DNA of 64,000 nucleotides from Callorhinchus milii (taxonomy: Eukaryota): contig NW_024704743.1 in NCBI RefSeq assembly GCF_018977255.1, forward strand, positions 58,778,001 through 58,842,000, written 5' to 3'. This document shows positions 40,001 to 53,460 of the stretch, piece after piece (positions within the stretch are counted from its first letter, which is position 1; each line of letters begins with the position of its first letter). The notes beneath the pieces are model-generated. The model did not search any database and was not told the DNA's origin. It saw nothing but the letters and a program-made list of their open reading frames with translations. Position numbers and translations under genes: made by a program.

Positions 40001-43000
40001 GGCTGGCAGGGCAGGGCAGGGCAGGGCAGGGCTGGCAGGGCTGGCAGGGCAGGGCAGTGCAGGGCAGGGCTGGGCAGGGCAGGGCAGGGCTGGCAGGGCA
40101 GGGCAGGGCAGGGCAGGGCTGGGCAGGGCAGGGCAGGGCAGGGCAGTGCAGGGCAGGGCTGGCAGGGCAGGGCAGGGCTGGCAGTGCAGGGCAGGCCTGG
40201 CAGGGCAGGGCTGGCAGGGCAGGGCAGGGCAGGGCAGGGCAGGGCTGGCAGGGCAGGGCAGGGCAGGGCAGGGCTGGTAGGGCAGGGCAGGGCAGGGCTG
40301 GCAGGGCAGGGCAGGGCAGGGCTGGCAGTGCAGTGCAGGGCAGGGCAGGGCAGGGCTGGCAGGGCAGGGCAGGGCTGGCAGTGCAGTGCAGTGCAGTGCA
40401 GGGCAGGGCTGGCAGTGCAGTGCAGGGCAGGGCTGGCAGGGCAGGGCAGGGCAGGGCTGGGCTGGGCTGGGCTGGCAGGGCAGGGCTGGCAGGGCAGGGC
40501 AGGGCAGGGCAGGCCGTGCAGGGCTGGCAGGGCAGGGCAGGGCTGGCAGGGCAGGGCAGGGCTGGCAGGGCAGGGCTGGCAGGGCAGGGCAGGGCTGGCA
40601 GGGCAGGGCTGGCAGTGCAGGGCAGGGCAGGGCAGGGCAGGGCTGGCAGGGCAGGGCAGGGCAGGGCTGGCAGGGCAGGGCAGGGCTGGCAGGGCAGGGC
40701 TGGCAGGGCAGGGCAGGGCTGGCAGGGCAGGGCAGGGCTGGCAGCGCAGGGCTGGCAGGGCAGGGCAGGCAGGGCAGGGCAGGGCTGGCAGGGCAAGGCT
40801 GGCAGGGCTGGGCAGGGCAGGGCAGGGCTGGCAGGGCAGGGCAGGGCAGGGCAGGGCTGGCAGGGCTGGCAGGGCAGGGCAGGGCAGGGCAGGGCTGGCA
40901 GTGCAGGGCAGGGCAGGGCAGGGCTGGCAGGGCAGGGCTGGCAGTGCAGGGCAGGGCAGGGCTGGCAGGGCAGGGCAGGGCTGGCAGGGCAGGGCAGGGC
41001 TGGCAGTGCAGGGCAGGGCAGGGCAGGGCTGGCAGGGCAGGGCAGGGCAGGGCAGGGCTGGCAGGGCAGGGCAGGGCTGGCAGGGCAGGGCAGGGCTGGC
41101 AGGGCTGGCAGGGCAGGGCAGGGCAGGGCAGGGCAGGGCTGGCAGTGCAGGGCAGGGCAGGGCTGGCAGGGCAGGGCAGGGCAGGGCTGGGCAGGGCAGG
41201 GCAGGGCAGTGCAGGGCAGGGCTGGCAGGGCAGGGCAGGGCAGGGCTGGCAGTGCAGGGCAGGGCTGGCAGGGCAGGGCTGGCAGGGCAGGACAGGGCAG
41301 GGCTGGCAGGGCAGGGCAGGGCAGGGCAGGGCTGGTAGGGCAGGGCTGGGCTGGCAGGGCAGGGCAGGGCTGGCAGTGCAGTGCAGGGCAGGGCAGGGCA
41401 GGGCTGGCAGGGCAGGGCAGGGCTGGCAGTGCAGTGCAGTGCAGTGCAGTGCAGGGCAGGGCTGGCAGTGCAGGGCAGGGCTGGCAGGGCAGGGCAGGGC
41501 TGGGCTGGCAGGGCAGGGCTGGCAGGGCAGGGCAGGGCAGGCCGTGCAGGGCTGGCAGGGCAGGGCAGAGCTGGCAGGGCAGGGCAGGGCTGGCAGGGCT
41601 GGCAGGGCAGGGCTTGCAGGGCAGGGCAGGGCTGGCAGGGCAGGGCTGGCAGTGCAGGGCAGGGCAGGGCAGGGCTGGCAGGGCAGGGCAGGGCAGGGCA
41701 GGGCAGGGCAGGGCTGGCAGGGCAGGGCAGGGCTGGCAGGGCAGGGCTGGCAGGGCAGGGAAGGGCAGGGCTGGCAGGGCTGGCAGGGCAGGGCAGGGCA
41801 GGGCTGGCAGGGCAGGGCTGGCAGGGCAGGGCAGGGCTGGCAGGGCAGGGCTGGCAGGGCAGGGCAGGCAGGGCAGGGCAGGGCTGGCAGGGCAAGGCTG
41901 GCAGGGCTGGCAGGGCAGGGCATGGCTGGCAGGGCAGGGCAGGGCAGGGCAGGGCTGGCAGGGCTGGCAGGGCAGGGCAGGGCAGGGCAGGGCAGGGCTG
42001 GCAGTGCAGGGCTGGCAGGGCAGGGCTGGCAGTGCAGGGCAGGGCAGGGCAGGGCTGGCAGGGCAGGGCAGGGCAGGGCAGGGCAGGGCTGGCAGTGCAG
42101 GGCAGGGCAGGGCAGGGCTGGCAGGGCAGGGCTGGCAGGGCAGGGCAGGGCTGGCAGGGCAGGGCAGGGCTGGCAGGGCAGGGCTGGCAGGGCAGGGCTG
42201 GCAGGGCAGGGCAGGGCTGGCAGGGCAGGGCTGGCAGGCAGGGCTGGCAGGGCAGGGCAGGGCTGGCAGGGCTGGCAGGGCAGGCAGGGCAGGGCAGGGC
42301 TGGCAGGGCAAGGCTGGCAGGGCTGGGCAGGGCAGGGCTGGCAGGGCAGGGCAGGGCAGGCAGTGCAGGGCTGGCAGGGCAGGGCAGGGCAGGGCAGGGC
42401 TGGCAGTGCAGGGCAGGGCTGGCAGGGCTGGGCAGGGCAGGGCAGGGCTGGCAGGGCTGGGCAGGGCAGGGCAGGGCTGGCAGTGCAGGGCAGGGCTGGC
42501 AGGGCTGGGCAGGGCAGGGCAGGGCTGGCAGTGCAGGGCAGGGCAGGGCAGGCAGGGCTGGGCAGGGCAGGGCTGGCAGGGCAGGGCAGGGTAGGGCAGG
42601 CAGTGCAGGGCAGGGCAGGGCAGGGCAGGCAGGGCTGGGCAGGGCAGGGCAGGGCAGGGCAGGGCTGGCAGGGCAGGGCAGGGCTCAGGGCAGGGCAGAG
42701 CAGGGCAGGGCTGGCAGGGCAGTGCAGGGCAGGGCAGGGCAGGGCAGGGCTGGCAGGGCAGGGCAGGGCAGGCAGTGCAGGGCTGGCAGGGCAGGGCAGG
42801 GCAGGGCAGGGCTGGCAGTGCAGGGCAGGGCTGGCAGGGCTGGGCAGGGCAGGGCAGGGCTGGCAGGGCTGGGCAGGGCAGGGCAGGGCAGGGCTGGCAG
42901 TGCAGGGCAGGGCTGGCAGGGCTGGGCAGGGCAGGGCAGGGCTGGCAGTGCAGGGCAGGGCAGGGCAGGCAGGGCTGGGCAGGGCAGGGCAGGGCAGGGC

Positions 43001-45452
43001 TGGCAGGGCAGGGCAGGGTAGGGCAGGCAGTGCAGGGCAGGGCAGGCTGGGCTGGGCTGGGCAGGGCAGGGCAGGGCTGGCAGGGCAGGGCAGGGCAGGG
43101 CAGGGCTGGGCAGGGCAGGGCAGGGCTGGCAGGGCAGTGCAGGGCAGGGCAGGCAGGGCAGGGCTGGCAGGGCAGGGCTGGCAGGGCAGGGCAGGGCAGG
43201 GCAGGGCTGGCAGGGCAGGGCAGGGCAGGGCAGGGCAGGGCAGGGCTGGGCAGGGCAGGGCAGGGCTGGCAGGGCAGGGCAGGGTAGGGCAGGCAGGGCA
43301 GGGCAGGGCTGGCAGGGCAGGGCTGGCAGGGCAGGGCAGGGCAGGGCTGGGCAGGGCAGGGCAGGGCAGGGCTGGCAGGGCAGGGCAGGGCAGGGCAGGG
43401 CAGGGCTGGGCAGGGCAGGGCAGGGCTGGGCTGTGCAGGGCAGTGCAGGGCAGGGCAGGGCTGGCAGGGCAGGGCTGGCAGGGCAGGGCTGGCAGGGCAG
43501 GGCAGGGCAGGGCTGGCAGGGCAGGGCAGGGCTGGGCAGGGCTGGCAGGGCAGTGCAGGGCAGGGCAGGGCTGGCAGGGCAGGGCTGGCAGGGCAGGGCT
43601 GGCAGGGCAGGGCAGGGCAGGGCAGGGCAGGGCTGGCAGGGCAGGGCAGGGCAGGGCAGGGCAGGGCAGGGCTGGGCAGGGCAGGGCAGGGCTGGCAGGG
43701 CAGGGCAGGGTAGGGCAGGCAGTGCAGGGCAGGGCAGGGCAGGGCAGGCAGGGCTGGGCAGGGCAGGGCAGGGCAGGGCAGGGCTGGCAGGGCAGGGCAG
43801 GGCAGGGCAGGGCTGGGCAGGGCAGGGCAGGGCAGGGCTGGCAGGGCAGTGCAGGGCAGGGCAGGGCTGGCAGGGCAGGGCAGGGCAGGCAGTGCAGGGC
43901 TGGCAGGGCAGGGCAGGGCAGGGCAGGGCTGGCAGGGCTGGGCAGGGCAGGGCAGGGCTGGCAGGGCTGGGCAGGGCAGGGCTGGCAGTGCAGGGCAGGG
44001 CTGGCAGGGCTGGGCAGGGCAGGGCAGGGCTGGCAGTGCAGGGCAGGGCAGGGCAGGCAGGGCTGGGCAGGGCAGGGCAGGGCAGGGCTGGCAGGGCAGG
44101 GCAGGGTAGGGCAGGCAGTGCAGGGCAGGGCAGGCAGGGCTGGGCAGGGCAGGGCAGGGCAGGGCAGGGCTGGCAGGGCAGGGCAGGGCAGGGCAGGGCA
44201 GGGCAGGGCTGGGCAGGGCAGGGCAGGGCTGGCAGGGCAGTGCAGGGCAGGGCAGGGCTGGCAGGGCAGGGCTGGCAGGGCAGGGCTGGCAGGGCAGGGC
44301 AGGGCAGGGCTGGCAGGGCAGGGCAGGGCAGGGCAGGGCAGGGCAGGGCAGGGCAGGGCAGGGCTGGGCAGTGCAGGGCAGGGCAGGGCAGGGCTGGCAG
44401 GGCAGGGCTGGGCAGTGCAGGGCAGGGCAGGGCAGGGCAGGGCTGGCAGGGGCAGGGCAGGGCAGGGCTGGCAGGGCAGGGCAGGGCTGGCAGGGCAGGG
44501 CTGGCAGGGCAGGGCAGGGCTGGCAGTGCAGGGCAGGGCAGGGCAGGCAGGGCTGGGCAGGGCAGGGCAGGGCTGGCAGGGCAGGGCAGGGTAGGGCAGG
44601 CAGTGCAGGGCAGGGCAGGCAGGGCTGGGCAGGGCAGGGCAGAGCAGGGCTGGCAGGGCAGGGCAGGGCAGGGCAGGGCTGGGCAGGGCAGGGCAGGGCT
44701 GGCAGGGCAGTGCTGGGCAGGGCAGGGCTGGCAGGGCAGGGCTGGCAGGGCAGGGCAGGGCAGGGCAGGGCAGGGCAGGGCTGGCAGGGCAGGGCAGGGC
44801 AGGGCTGGCAGTGTGTGGTGCCGGGCAGGGCAGGGCTGGCAGGGCAGGGCAGGGCTGGCAGGGCAGGGCAGGGCAGGGCTGGCAGGGCAGGGCAGGGCAG
44901 GGCAGGGCAGGGCAGGGCTGGCAGGGCAGGGCTGGCAGGGCAGGGCAGGGCTGGCAGGGCAGGGCAGGCAGGGCAGGGCTGGCAGGGCAGGGCAGGGCAG
45001 GGCTGGCAGGGCAGGGCAGGGCAGGGCTGGCAGGGCAGGGCAGGGCAGGGCTGGCAGGGCAGGGCAGGGCAGGGCAGGGCAGGGCTGGCAGGGCAGGGCA
45101 GGGCAGGGCTGGCAGGGCTGGCAGGGCAGGGCTGGCAGGGCAGGGCTGGCCAGGGCTGGCAGGGCAGGGCAGGGCAGGGCAGGGCTGGCAGGGCAGGGCA
45201 GGGCAGGCAGGGCAGGGCTGGCAGGGCAGGGCAGGGCTCAGGGCAGGGCAGGGCTGGCAGGGCAGGGCAGGGCTGGCAGGGCAGGGCAGGGCAGGGCAGG
45301 GCAGGGCAGGGCTGGCAGGGCAGGGCAGGGCTGGCAGGGCAGGGCAGGGCTGGCAGGGCAGGGCAGGGCTGGCAGGGCAGGGCAGGGCTGGCAGGGCAGG
45401 GCAGGGCTGGCAGGGCAGGGCAGGGCTGGCAGGGCAGGGCAGGGCAGGGCAG
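37024..45452 (+). repeat. About 8.4-kb G-rich satellite built from GGGCA with GGGCT, GGCA and GTGCA variants
   Basis: Direct reading of an uninterrupted array that is almost free of CpG and stop codons. Confidence 0.98.
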
Positions 45453-45920
45453 AGTGAGTGACAGCTGATGGAACGCTACGTGTTCTCCGGGGATTGTCGA
45501 CGCGCGCGCACGTCAGAGGGTCACTCACTCACTCACACACACACACAGAGAGAGAGAGAGCGGAGCGGCCACAGCGCCGTCACTGACAGTCACAGCCACA
45601 GCCACAGCCACAGCGCCGCCGGAGAGAAGGGTCGCGACAAATTACACATCACTCTCAGCCACGAAAGCAATTGATGTCAATAAAGCACATAGAGCGGGAG
45701 AGGGAGAGAGAGAGAGTTGTCCGTCTGTCTGATCACTGCTGGAGATCAGCAACACGCACACAGCGAAGTGCGCGGCGGAGAGTCCCCGCGGGAGGAAGGC
45801 GGCGCCAGAGGTCTGTTCTAACAAAATTGGGCATTTTTAAAAACACGAACGTCTTTTTTTTTAAAAAAAAATCGCGTTCTTTGGGATGGACTCTCGTCTC
45901 CAGAACCTGTCGCTGGTTTG
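45453..45920 (+). promoter_or_regulatory. ICA1: CpG-rich putative promoter / non-coding first exon of ICA1
   Basis: Local CpG cluster (GTCGACGCGCGCGCACGTCA, GCGGAGCGGCC, CGCCGCCGG, GCGCGGCGG) 2.2-2.6 kb upstream of the first coding exon, in otherwise CpG-depleted DNA. Exon boundaries not resolved. Confidence 0.65.
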
Positions 45921-48068
45921 ATATTATATGTCCAACAGCTGGTGCACAGCTGTCACTTTGCACAAGGGAAGCGGGGGGGGGGGGGGGGGGGGGGGGGTAT
46001 AAATATAAATGCATATATATTATATCAATATAATATATAAATAAGTATAAATGCATATATATATATGTGGCAGTCAGCAGCGGGACAGCCTTTGGGTGTA
46101 TTGCATTTCATACACAGTTGCCCTTCAGTGTGGGAGAGGTCCTGTTTTTTTTATGCGTTCCCATTGCACGTACTACTCCAACTCTTTTAGGGTTTAACGT
46201 ATTCAAACAGCAATAAAAATGAAGAGCTATTCACTGGCACATATGACATAGACATTATGCATCTTAATAATCATCATCATCATCACAATAAGGCGCAGGA
46301 GTTGAGTCTTCTTTCCTATTTTCGAATTAAAAGGCCTTCGTGAAAATGCCTTATTTTAGTTGAAAAGGAAGAACTCTGCTTTTTTTTAATCGAAATAATC
46401 TCATTATGAAAGTCGTGTACACTTCAAATGCTTTGCCAACCAGTTCCTCATATTGCAACAGAACACATTGCTGATCATTTTCAGCAAAGCACTGGCCCTT
46501 TTACACATCATTTTTCATAAAAACAATTCGTGTAAAGATTTCTGATATTCTATAATTGTGATGTTCATGTTATGGTTTAATATGATTATTATTGAAATGT
46601 GTGTCAGCTGTGCTTCTGTTTTGGTACTTGCATCTAAGGGGAACATGGTTATTATTATTACTATTGTTATGTTAGTTGAGTGAATAAGTCCGAGCGTTCT
46701 GTTTTGTTGGCCATTGTCCTCATAATTATTTGAAAATAAACGGGTGAGATTCAAAAACACGGACAAAAGTTTTCAAAATAAATGAGCCCAATTTGTTTTT
46801 CTTTCATTCTGCAATTCATAAACGTGGGTAAAATAAGTAAATGTTTCTGGAAAAACAAAATCCATCCTTTAGATGAGACATTAAACTGAGGTTGTGTTGG
46901 GCCTGTTCAGATCAATGTTAAACAACAACTTGCATTGATATAGTGCCCCTCATGCAGGTTAGCGTCCCAGAGCGCTTGACAGCAGTGGAGCGCAACGCTG
47001 AGGCGGGGGGAGGGGGAGGTGACCGTAGGCACGGTCGAATGGGAAGGTCTTCAGGCGCGACCTGAAGACTTTTGCCATAGCACTTTTCAAAAAGAGAAGG
47101 GAGTTTCACCCCGTGTTCTGGACAACAAATCCCCCAAATAAAATTGGTCCTTCACTTCATGGCAGTTTGTGGAACATTGCTATGTGCAAATTGCTGTGTT
47201 GGCCCACAAATACCCAGTAAATCCTGTGAAGCACTTTGGGATGACCTCCCAAAATGAAAGATGCTGTAATAAATGAAGGATTGGTGGATATGGCAAGAAA
47301 GTGGGATTAATATCAACTAAAAAGGAAAGGCTCGTTGAGCCAAATTGACTTTTTCCAGTTTAAAAATCACTTATGTTCTCAAGACAAAATTACCATTGAC
47401 TTTGAATCAACTAGAAGGAAGAATTGCATTGCCAGAAAAATAAAAGTACAGTATCCCATTTGAAATGATTAAACTGTACATAACTACAACAAAAACAACA
47501 ATTTGCATTTGTATATCGTCCCTAATGCAGGGTAGAGTCCCAGAGTACTTGGTTTACATAAGGAAATCCAAAATTATATTGATAAATAGGTCCAAGTGTT
47601 TCAGTGTAATGTCTGGATGAATTTGAGAAATTAGATTTTGGTTGTGTATCTCCAGAGAGTCAAATTCAAACTTTGGATTTCAATCCATGGTTTAAAAAGA
47701 ATGTGGAAGGTCAGAATCAACAACAACATCTTGCACTTTTATAGCGCCCTCCACGCAGCGTAGTGTCTCGGAGCGCTTCAAATCAAAGTTCAAATGTAAA
47801 TGGTTTACAATGCAGAGAATTTTCTTAGTTTATTTTACACTTCAGTGAAATTGCTTTTACCCTGATTATTGTGCTTTTTGCAAATTTTTTAGCATTGTAG
47901 ATTGTCATACATATATATTTATGTACAAACTACTCACATACACATATATATGTATACACAAATGGTTTGTTTGCATTTGATTATGTAGTAGAAAACAAAT
48001 ATTCTGAAACATTCAGTCCTTTTAAAATACCTAATACTTTGTTCATCTTTTCAGATTCAAATGAAACC

Positions 48069-48085
48069 ATGGATCATCCAGACTA
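48069..48085 (+). CDS. ICA1: ICA1 first coding segment (MDHPD + split Y), in exon 48055-48085
   Basis: Acceptor catcttttcag at 48054, Kozak accATGg, 17 coding nt then gtaagt. Phase 2 joins in frame to the 52240 exon. Confidence 0.8.
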
Positions 48086-48896
48086 GTAAGTATTGTTTGA
48101 TTACACATTTTCTTATATTTTTTTTACGTTTGTATTCCTAAAGACTTATGTCCCATCTCCACAGAGATTGGGTTTCCCTGCCTCTTGAGAGCAGTGGCAA
48201 GAAGGCAGTTATGGAGGTGGATTGGATGAGAGAGAAGCATGCAGGCAGGTTGAATGATCTCAGAAACTTGGGAGTGTAATATTGAGGGATATTAGAATGA
48301 AGGATGGAGGTCAAAGAGAAAACAGAACAAACAGTCCTTACTTTGAAATAATCCCTTATCACACTGTCATGATATCTCAAAGCACTTCACAGGATTTTTC
48401 TGGGAAGTGTGGTGACTGTATTTTGTAGCCAATTTACTTATTGCTGTGTCCCACAAACAGCCATAAAGTAAATGATCTGTGGGGGTTATTTGCCTTGGGA
48501 CGTTCTCCTGACGTGAAAGGCGCTATACAAATTTAATTTGTTGTTTGCTGAGACACCAGGAGAACTCTCCAAATAATGCCACTGTATCTTTAATATCCAC
48601 CTGAATAGGCAAATGGACTTTAGTTTAATGTCACATCTGAAGGGTGGAACTTCTGACAATGCAGCACATCCCCAGCATTTTATTTTAGTGTCAGCCTAGA
48701 CAATCCTAGAATTATAAGCACAGAAAGAGGCCATTCGGCGCATCTTGTCTGTTCGGCCTCTTTGTAAAGAGCTATCCGATTCAATCCCACTCCCTGCTCT
48801 CTCCCCATAGCCCTGCAAACTTGTCCTACTCAATCTGAGTCCAAAGTGGGTCTTGAGCCCACAACATTCTGTCTCAGCAGAGTTGTTACCAACTGT

Positions 48897-49270
48897 GTGG
48901 AGTCCTGTAGCTCAGTGGTTAGAGTACTTGCCTCGTAAGCGAGAGACCTGCGTTCGATTCCCGGCAGAGCGAAATGTTGGGCAAGTTTCCTTCCCCCACA
49001 TGCATCTGTTTACCTAGCAGTAAGTAGGAACCCGTTGTTAGTCGATTGGTGGATTGCTTTTCTGAGGGTAATAATTTCTTCAAAAAAACCATAGTAATAT
49101 TAGTTACTTCAAGCCATGACTGTTTCTGGGACACTGTTGTGCACAACTGGCTGCAGTGTTTCGCCCACAAAAATATAAGTCAATTCACTTATAGTATATT
49201 CTGTGAAGCGCTTTGAGGCGTCTCAAAGATGTGATAAGGCACTATATCAAATGCAAGGATTATTATTATT
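48897..49270 (+). mobile_element. Young tRNA SINE, long form, with 6-bp TSD AACTGT
   Basis: Same head and tail plus internal TGTTTACCTAGCAGTAAGTAGGAACCCG segment. AACTGT at 48891-48896 and 49271-49276. Confidence 0.92.
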
Positions 49271-52213
49271 AACTGTTTGCAACCTCCTTGAAGATTCAAC
49301 TAGGCATTATTAATAGAAATTGCCAATAAATCAGGTGCATTATGGAAATTGGCACTTGAGCTATATAAACATTGTCACGGAAGAGGGATAAATCTTATCA
49401 GGTTCAGGAATCCCCCATCCTATAACAACAACTTGCACTTGTATAGCGCCCTCCACGCAGGTTAGTGTCTCAGACCACTTAACAGTGACGGAGCCCATCC
49501 TAGTTAGAGTGTGCGCGTGTCTCTGTGTTATAAATACTGTTAATTGCCGGCAGTCGTCCTGTATTCCATTTCTTTATTACCTATTAAAACCCGTTTCTAT
49601 GAACGACACCATCCAATATTTGTTATTGGGTCAATTCATTATTATTGGGTCATTGTTTAGTTTCTTTAACAATTGAGAATAAATGAAAAAAATCATAGTT
49701 TCTGTCCTGGTACAAGAGAATAAGAAAATAATATTATGGTTATGAGGAAGAAACTGATCAATCACATTGTTTGTCAAAAAAAACAGAAAACGTATTGTAC
49801 ATAGAAAAATTCTGTTCATAATCCAGAAGAACCATAGTTCCTGTTTTATGATATGAATTAATATTGGCCTGTAATGGCCTTCTGCTTCTGTAGGTGTTTA
49901 TAAACATGGCTCTTATGTTTTCCAAATGGTGGCTGGAACATGCCTGACTCTTGCCTCAAAGCAATCATTGTGAATGACCTCACAACTATCTCTCACACAG
50001 TAATTATCCTTAAGAGCATGAGCTTCCTGGTGATTTTGTAATAGTTGAATTTTAGACTTAGTTTGTAATAGATTATAAATAGTGTCCGATTTCTGTATTA
50101 TTTTAACTACTTTCAGACTTGCAAAGGCAGAAAGACATGAGAGGACAGGTTCAGGGTTATTCAGGGCAATTTTAGGACAGACATGAGGAAGTCTGTTTTT
50201 GCAGAGAGTAATTGACAGGTAGAATGGGTTCCAGGAAGGAATGCTCAGGCCATACACTTGACTCATTTAAGACAGTTTGATGATTTTTAACGGCAAGGTG
50301 ATATCGTGGATGTTCTGGAAGGATAAGATCAAATGAGTCAAAGGACCTTCTTCATCCAAACCTCTATTGTGATCTTGCGAAAGAACACATGCACACAAAC
50401 ATAGGAGGTTTGTAAGTGGGCATTGCAGTAGTTTTAAATGCTAGAAGTGAGAATGCTACCATTCCACTTTGTTGTGACTGACTTGTTCTTTGTCACCTCA
50501 ACCCAGATTGTAACAAGAGGGAGACCTCGATGTTTTGCCTTTAAGGCCATGACTGTCTCTTCTCTTTGCATTAACTAGTTCTGGGTGTTCTAGCTACAAC
50601 AAGCTGCATCCTGCGGCACATTCTGGTGAGTTGGTTGCTCTGCATCACGTTGCCCTGCAGCTGGCCACCTTGCCAATTGATAATTGAACTTCTATTATCC
50701 ATCAGCAGCCCAACACTGTACAGCTTTCAATGCAAACCTTCATTGCTAAAATGGTTTAACTAATGCCAAACCATGTTCACAGAAAATAAATGTATGCATT
50801 TTGCAGTAAATGTGCCACACATTACTGACCAGCCTCCTCGTATAGGATAATGCTTCCCTCCTATGATGATGCCATTTGAATTACTGAAATGTGAAGGACA
50901 TTCATTCATGCAATTGGAAGCATAGAAATCTAGAAATCAAATTTCTGGTTTATTTTCCCTCATTCCTTTGCTTCTCTCCAATTGCTTATTAAATGTTCTT
51001 TACAATAATGTATGGGACCAAATAAGTAATATATCTTTTCTACTCTAGACAGCCTTCTTCCATTTACCTCTCTCCCATTTCCTATTCATGGGCATCTGGT
51101 CTGTTCCCAGGCATGTGCTAAACGTGCTTTTGAACTTAGGTATGGATTTAGTCATCATCTGTTTTTTATTCCTTGCCAACTTTGCCAGTAACCCATTTGG
51201 GCACCATTTTCAGCACCTGAATCTTACGATGGCAAATGGCACAATATGTTGATACACTACACTCATTTTTAGCCCATGGCATTGTACACAAAATGTAAAG
51301 TTTACTGTCTGCCACTGTATAGTACAAAAAAGCTGCATTTTCCACTGCTTCTGTACAAATGGTCCCAACTATAATAGAAAGGACAACTTGGATTTATATA
51401 GTGCTCTTCACATAAGTTAACTGCTCAGAGCACTTTACAAAGACCGGATGAGATGCTGGGAAGATGGAGGTGACCACAAGCATGGTTAAAGAGATGGATT
51501 TTAAGCCCAGACCTGGATAGAGAGAAAGGGATGAGACTGAGGGTAAAGAGGAACTTCCAGGGATGTAGTATTCAAGGTTTAGCCACCAATGGTGATGGGG
51601 AGTGGGATGAAGACATGCTGCAAATTTGAGTGAAGATGGGAACCAGATGAGTGGGGTAGGAGACGATTACAGAAATAAGGAAATGCTATGGTGTAACGGG
51701 TTGTCTGGGTAAGAACCTTGAAATTAATCTGCTGTGAGTTAAGGAGACAGTGAAGTTTGGCAAGCAGATTATGGAGATGAAGAATAAAAGTCTTTATCAG
51801 GGACCGAATGTGAGGGAGAAAAGAGGGCTAGGGTTGGAACCGGGCACCAAGATTGCTCACTGCTTCACTTTTTTAGGCAGTTTGGGTAGATAGAATTTGT
51901 AATTTTATATAACTCACAAATAATTACCCTGATAGACTCCTTGTGACGAAAATGTCAGTCTCTCTTGCCAAGCAGTTCTGTGGGTTTTAAGCTCATGCTA
52001 TAACTTTGAAAACAATACTCCTGTTACAGCCATAATAATGTTCAGTTAGACTGGCTGTTAAAAGCAGAGTCTATAATAGCATTACAAAGGGAATTGGATT
52101 TCACAATTGGCAATTCTTCACATGCTGTTTTTTCAGTTCTAGGACTGGATATTAAATCAGTCAGGACATTTCAGTTTCATCCACATTGTGTAATAGACTG
52201 CCACTTCACTTGA

Positions 52214-52480
<267 letters not shown>

Positions 52481-53129
52481 TGATAGCTCAGGCGGGTAAT
52501 TGCGTTTGTGGAAAAGATAAAGTATCGCTGTTTAAATAGTGACTTTGATTTTTCTATACCTACCTTTCTCCCACAAAATATACAGTCAATCTACTTTACA
52601 ATATATTCTGTGAAGCGCTTTCAGACATTTCAACAACACGAAAAGGAGCTATTTCAAATGCAAAGATTAATATTATTATTTCCTCTTCGAACTGTACTTA
52701 CAGTTACCTCTCTCCTGCCCTTCTAGTGTCTGGCATGAACTGTGTGAAGAGCTTCACGACATTAACTTAATGAAAGACAAGACTGTGTACACATACATAT
52801 ATACGAGTGTTAGTGGTAGACCCTGAGTGATTTCTGCTGTTAACGCGCACCAAGGAAGAGATAATCGTATGAATTTGCTTTTACTCTGTACATTAAACTG
52901 AAAATTCCAATAGCTTTTTTATGGACTTGTACCTTCGTCTTTTTAAATATTAAGAGAGTCTCCAGCACAGATTGCTGATTTATCCTATGAGACTAAAAAT
53001 TATTATTTTGTTCTTAGTGCTCCTTGCCCCTCTATCATCTCTCTATATACGTACCACAATCTCAAAATGTTCTTCTCATTGGCATCTCCCTCTGCTCCTG
53101 GTCCCCAACCTCCACTTGCTGGGGTCCTA

Positions 53130-53460
53130 TTTCACAGGTGGCATTTTCACTCTGGTACCTGTCCAAGTTGCCATTGTTCCTGTCTGAGCTTTGCCCATGA
53201 GTGTCAACCAACTGCTTGACTGTAGAGAGTCGCACAATCAAGTCTCTGTTGTCCTACCCAGCTTCACACATGCCCACTACTAGAAGAGGGTGCTGAAAAG
53301 GGACCTGGATGTAAACCCAGCTGATTTTTAGCTTTACTAACCCTGGGAAGACTAAGGCCAATTTAGCCCTGGCTGAGATCAGCAGTCAGTGTGGACTAGC
53401 TTTTGAAACAGCGAAATTTCCTGGTCCATAAACTGTATCCACTACACCATCAGGGCAGCC
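53130..53460 (-). mobile_element. Ancient, highly diverged SINE-like repeat, family uncertain
   Basis: Reverse strand GCTGATCTCAGCCAGGGC..AATTGGCCTTAGT..AAAAATCAGC resembles an old tRNA-derived chondrichthyan repeat as I recall it. Single copy here. Confidence 0.45.

Noticed and set aside
37024..45452. Immunoglobulin switch-region resemblance (GGGCT pentamers, RGYW-rich)
   Set aside because: No Ig gene segments in the window, and AGCT hotspots are essentially absent from the array body.
45451..45460. Splice donor AGA|GTGAGT at the satellite end, implying an exon inside the array
   Set aside because: A single motif with no supporting exon or promoter evidence. It is likely chance unless RNA-seq shows a junction.
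36966..45528. Very long ORFs (up to 1781 aa; PALPC/GRAGQ repeats) on both strands
   Set aside because: All frames stay open simply because the repeat units contain no stop codons. There is no frame-preserving pattern or domain.
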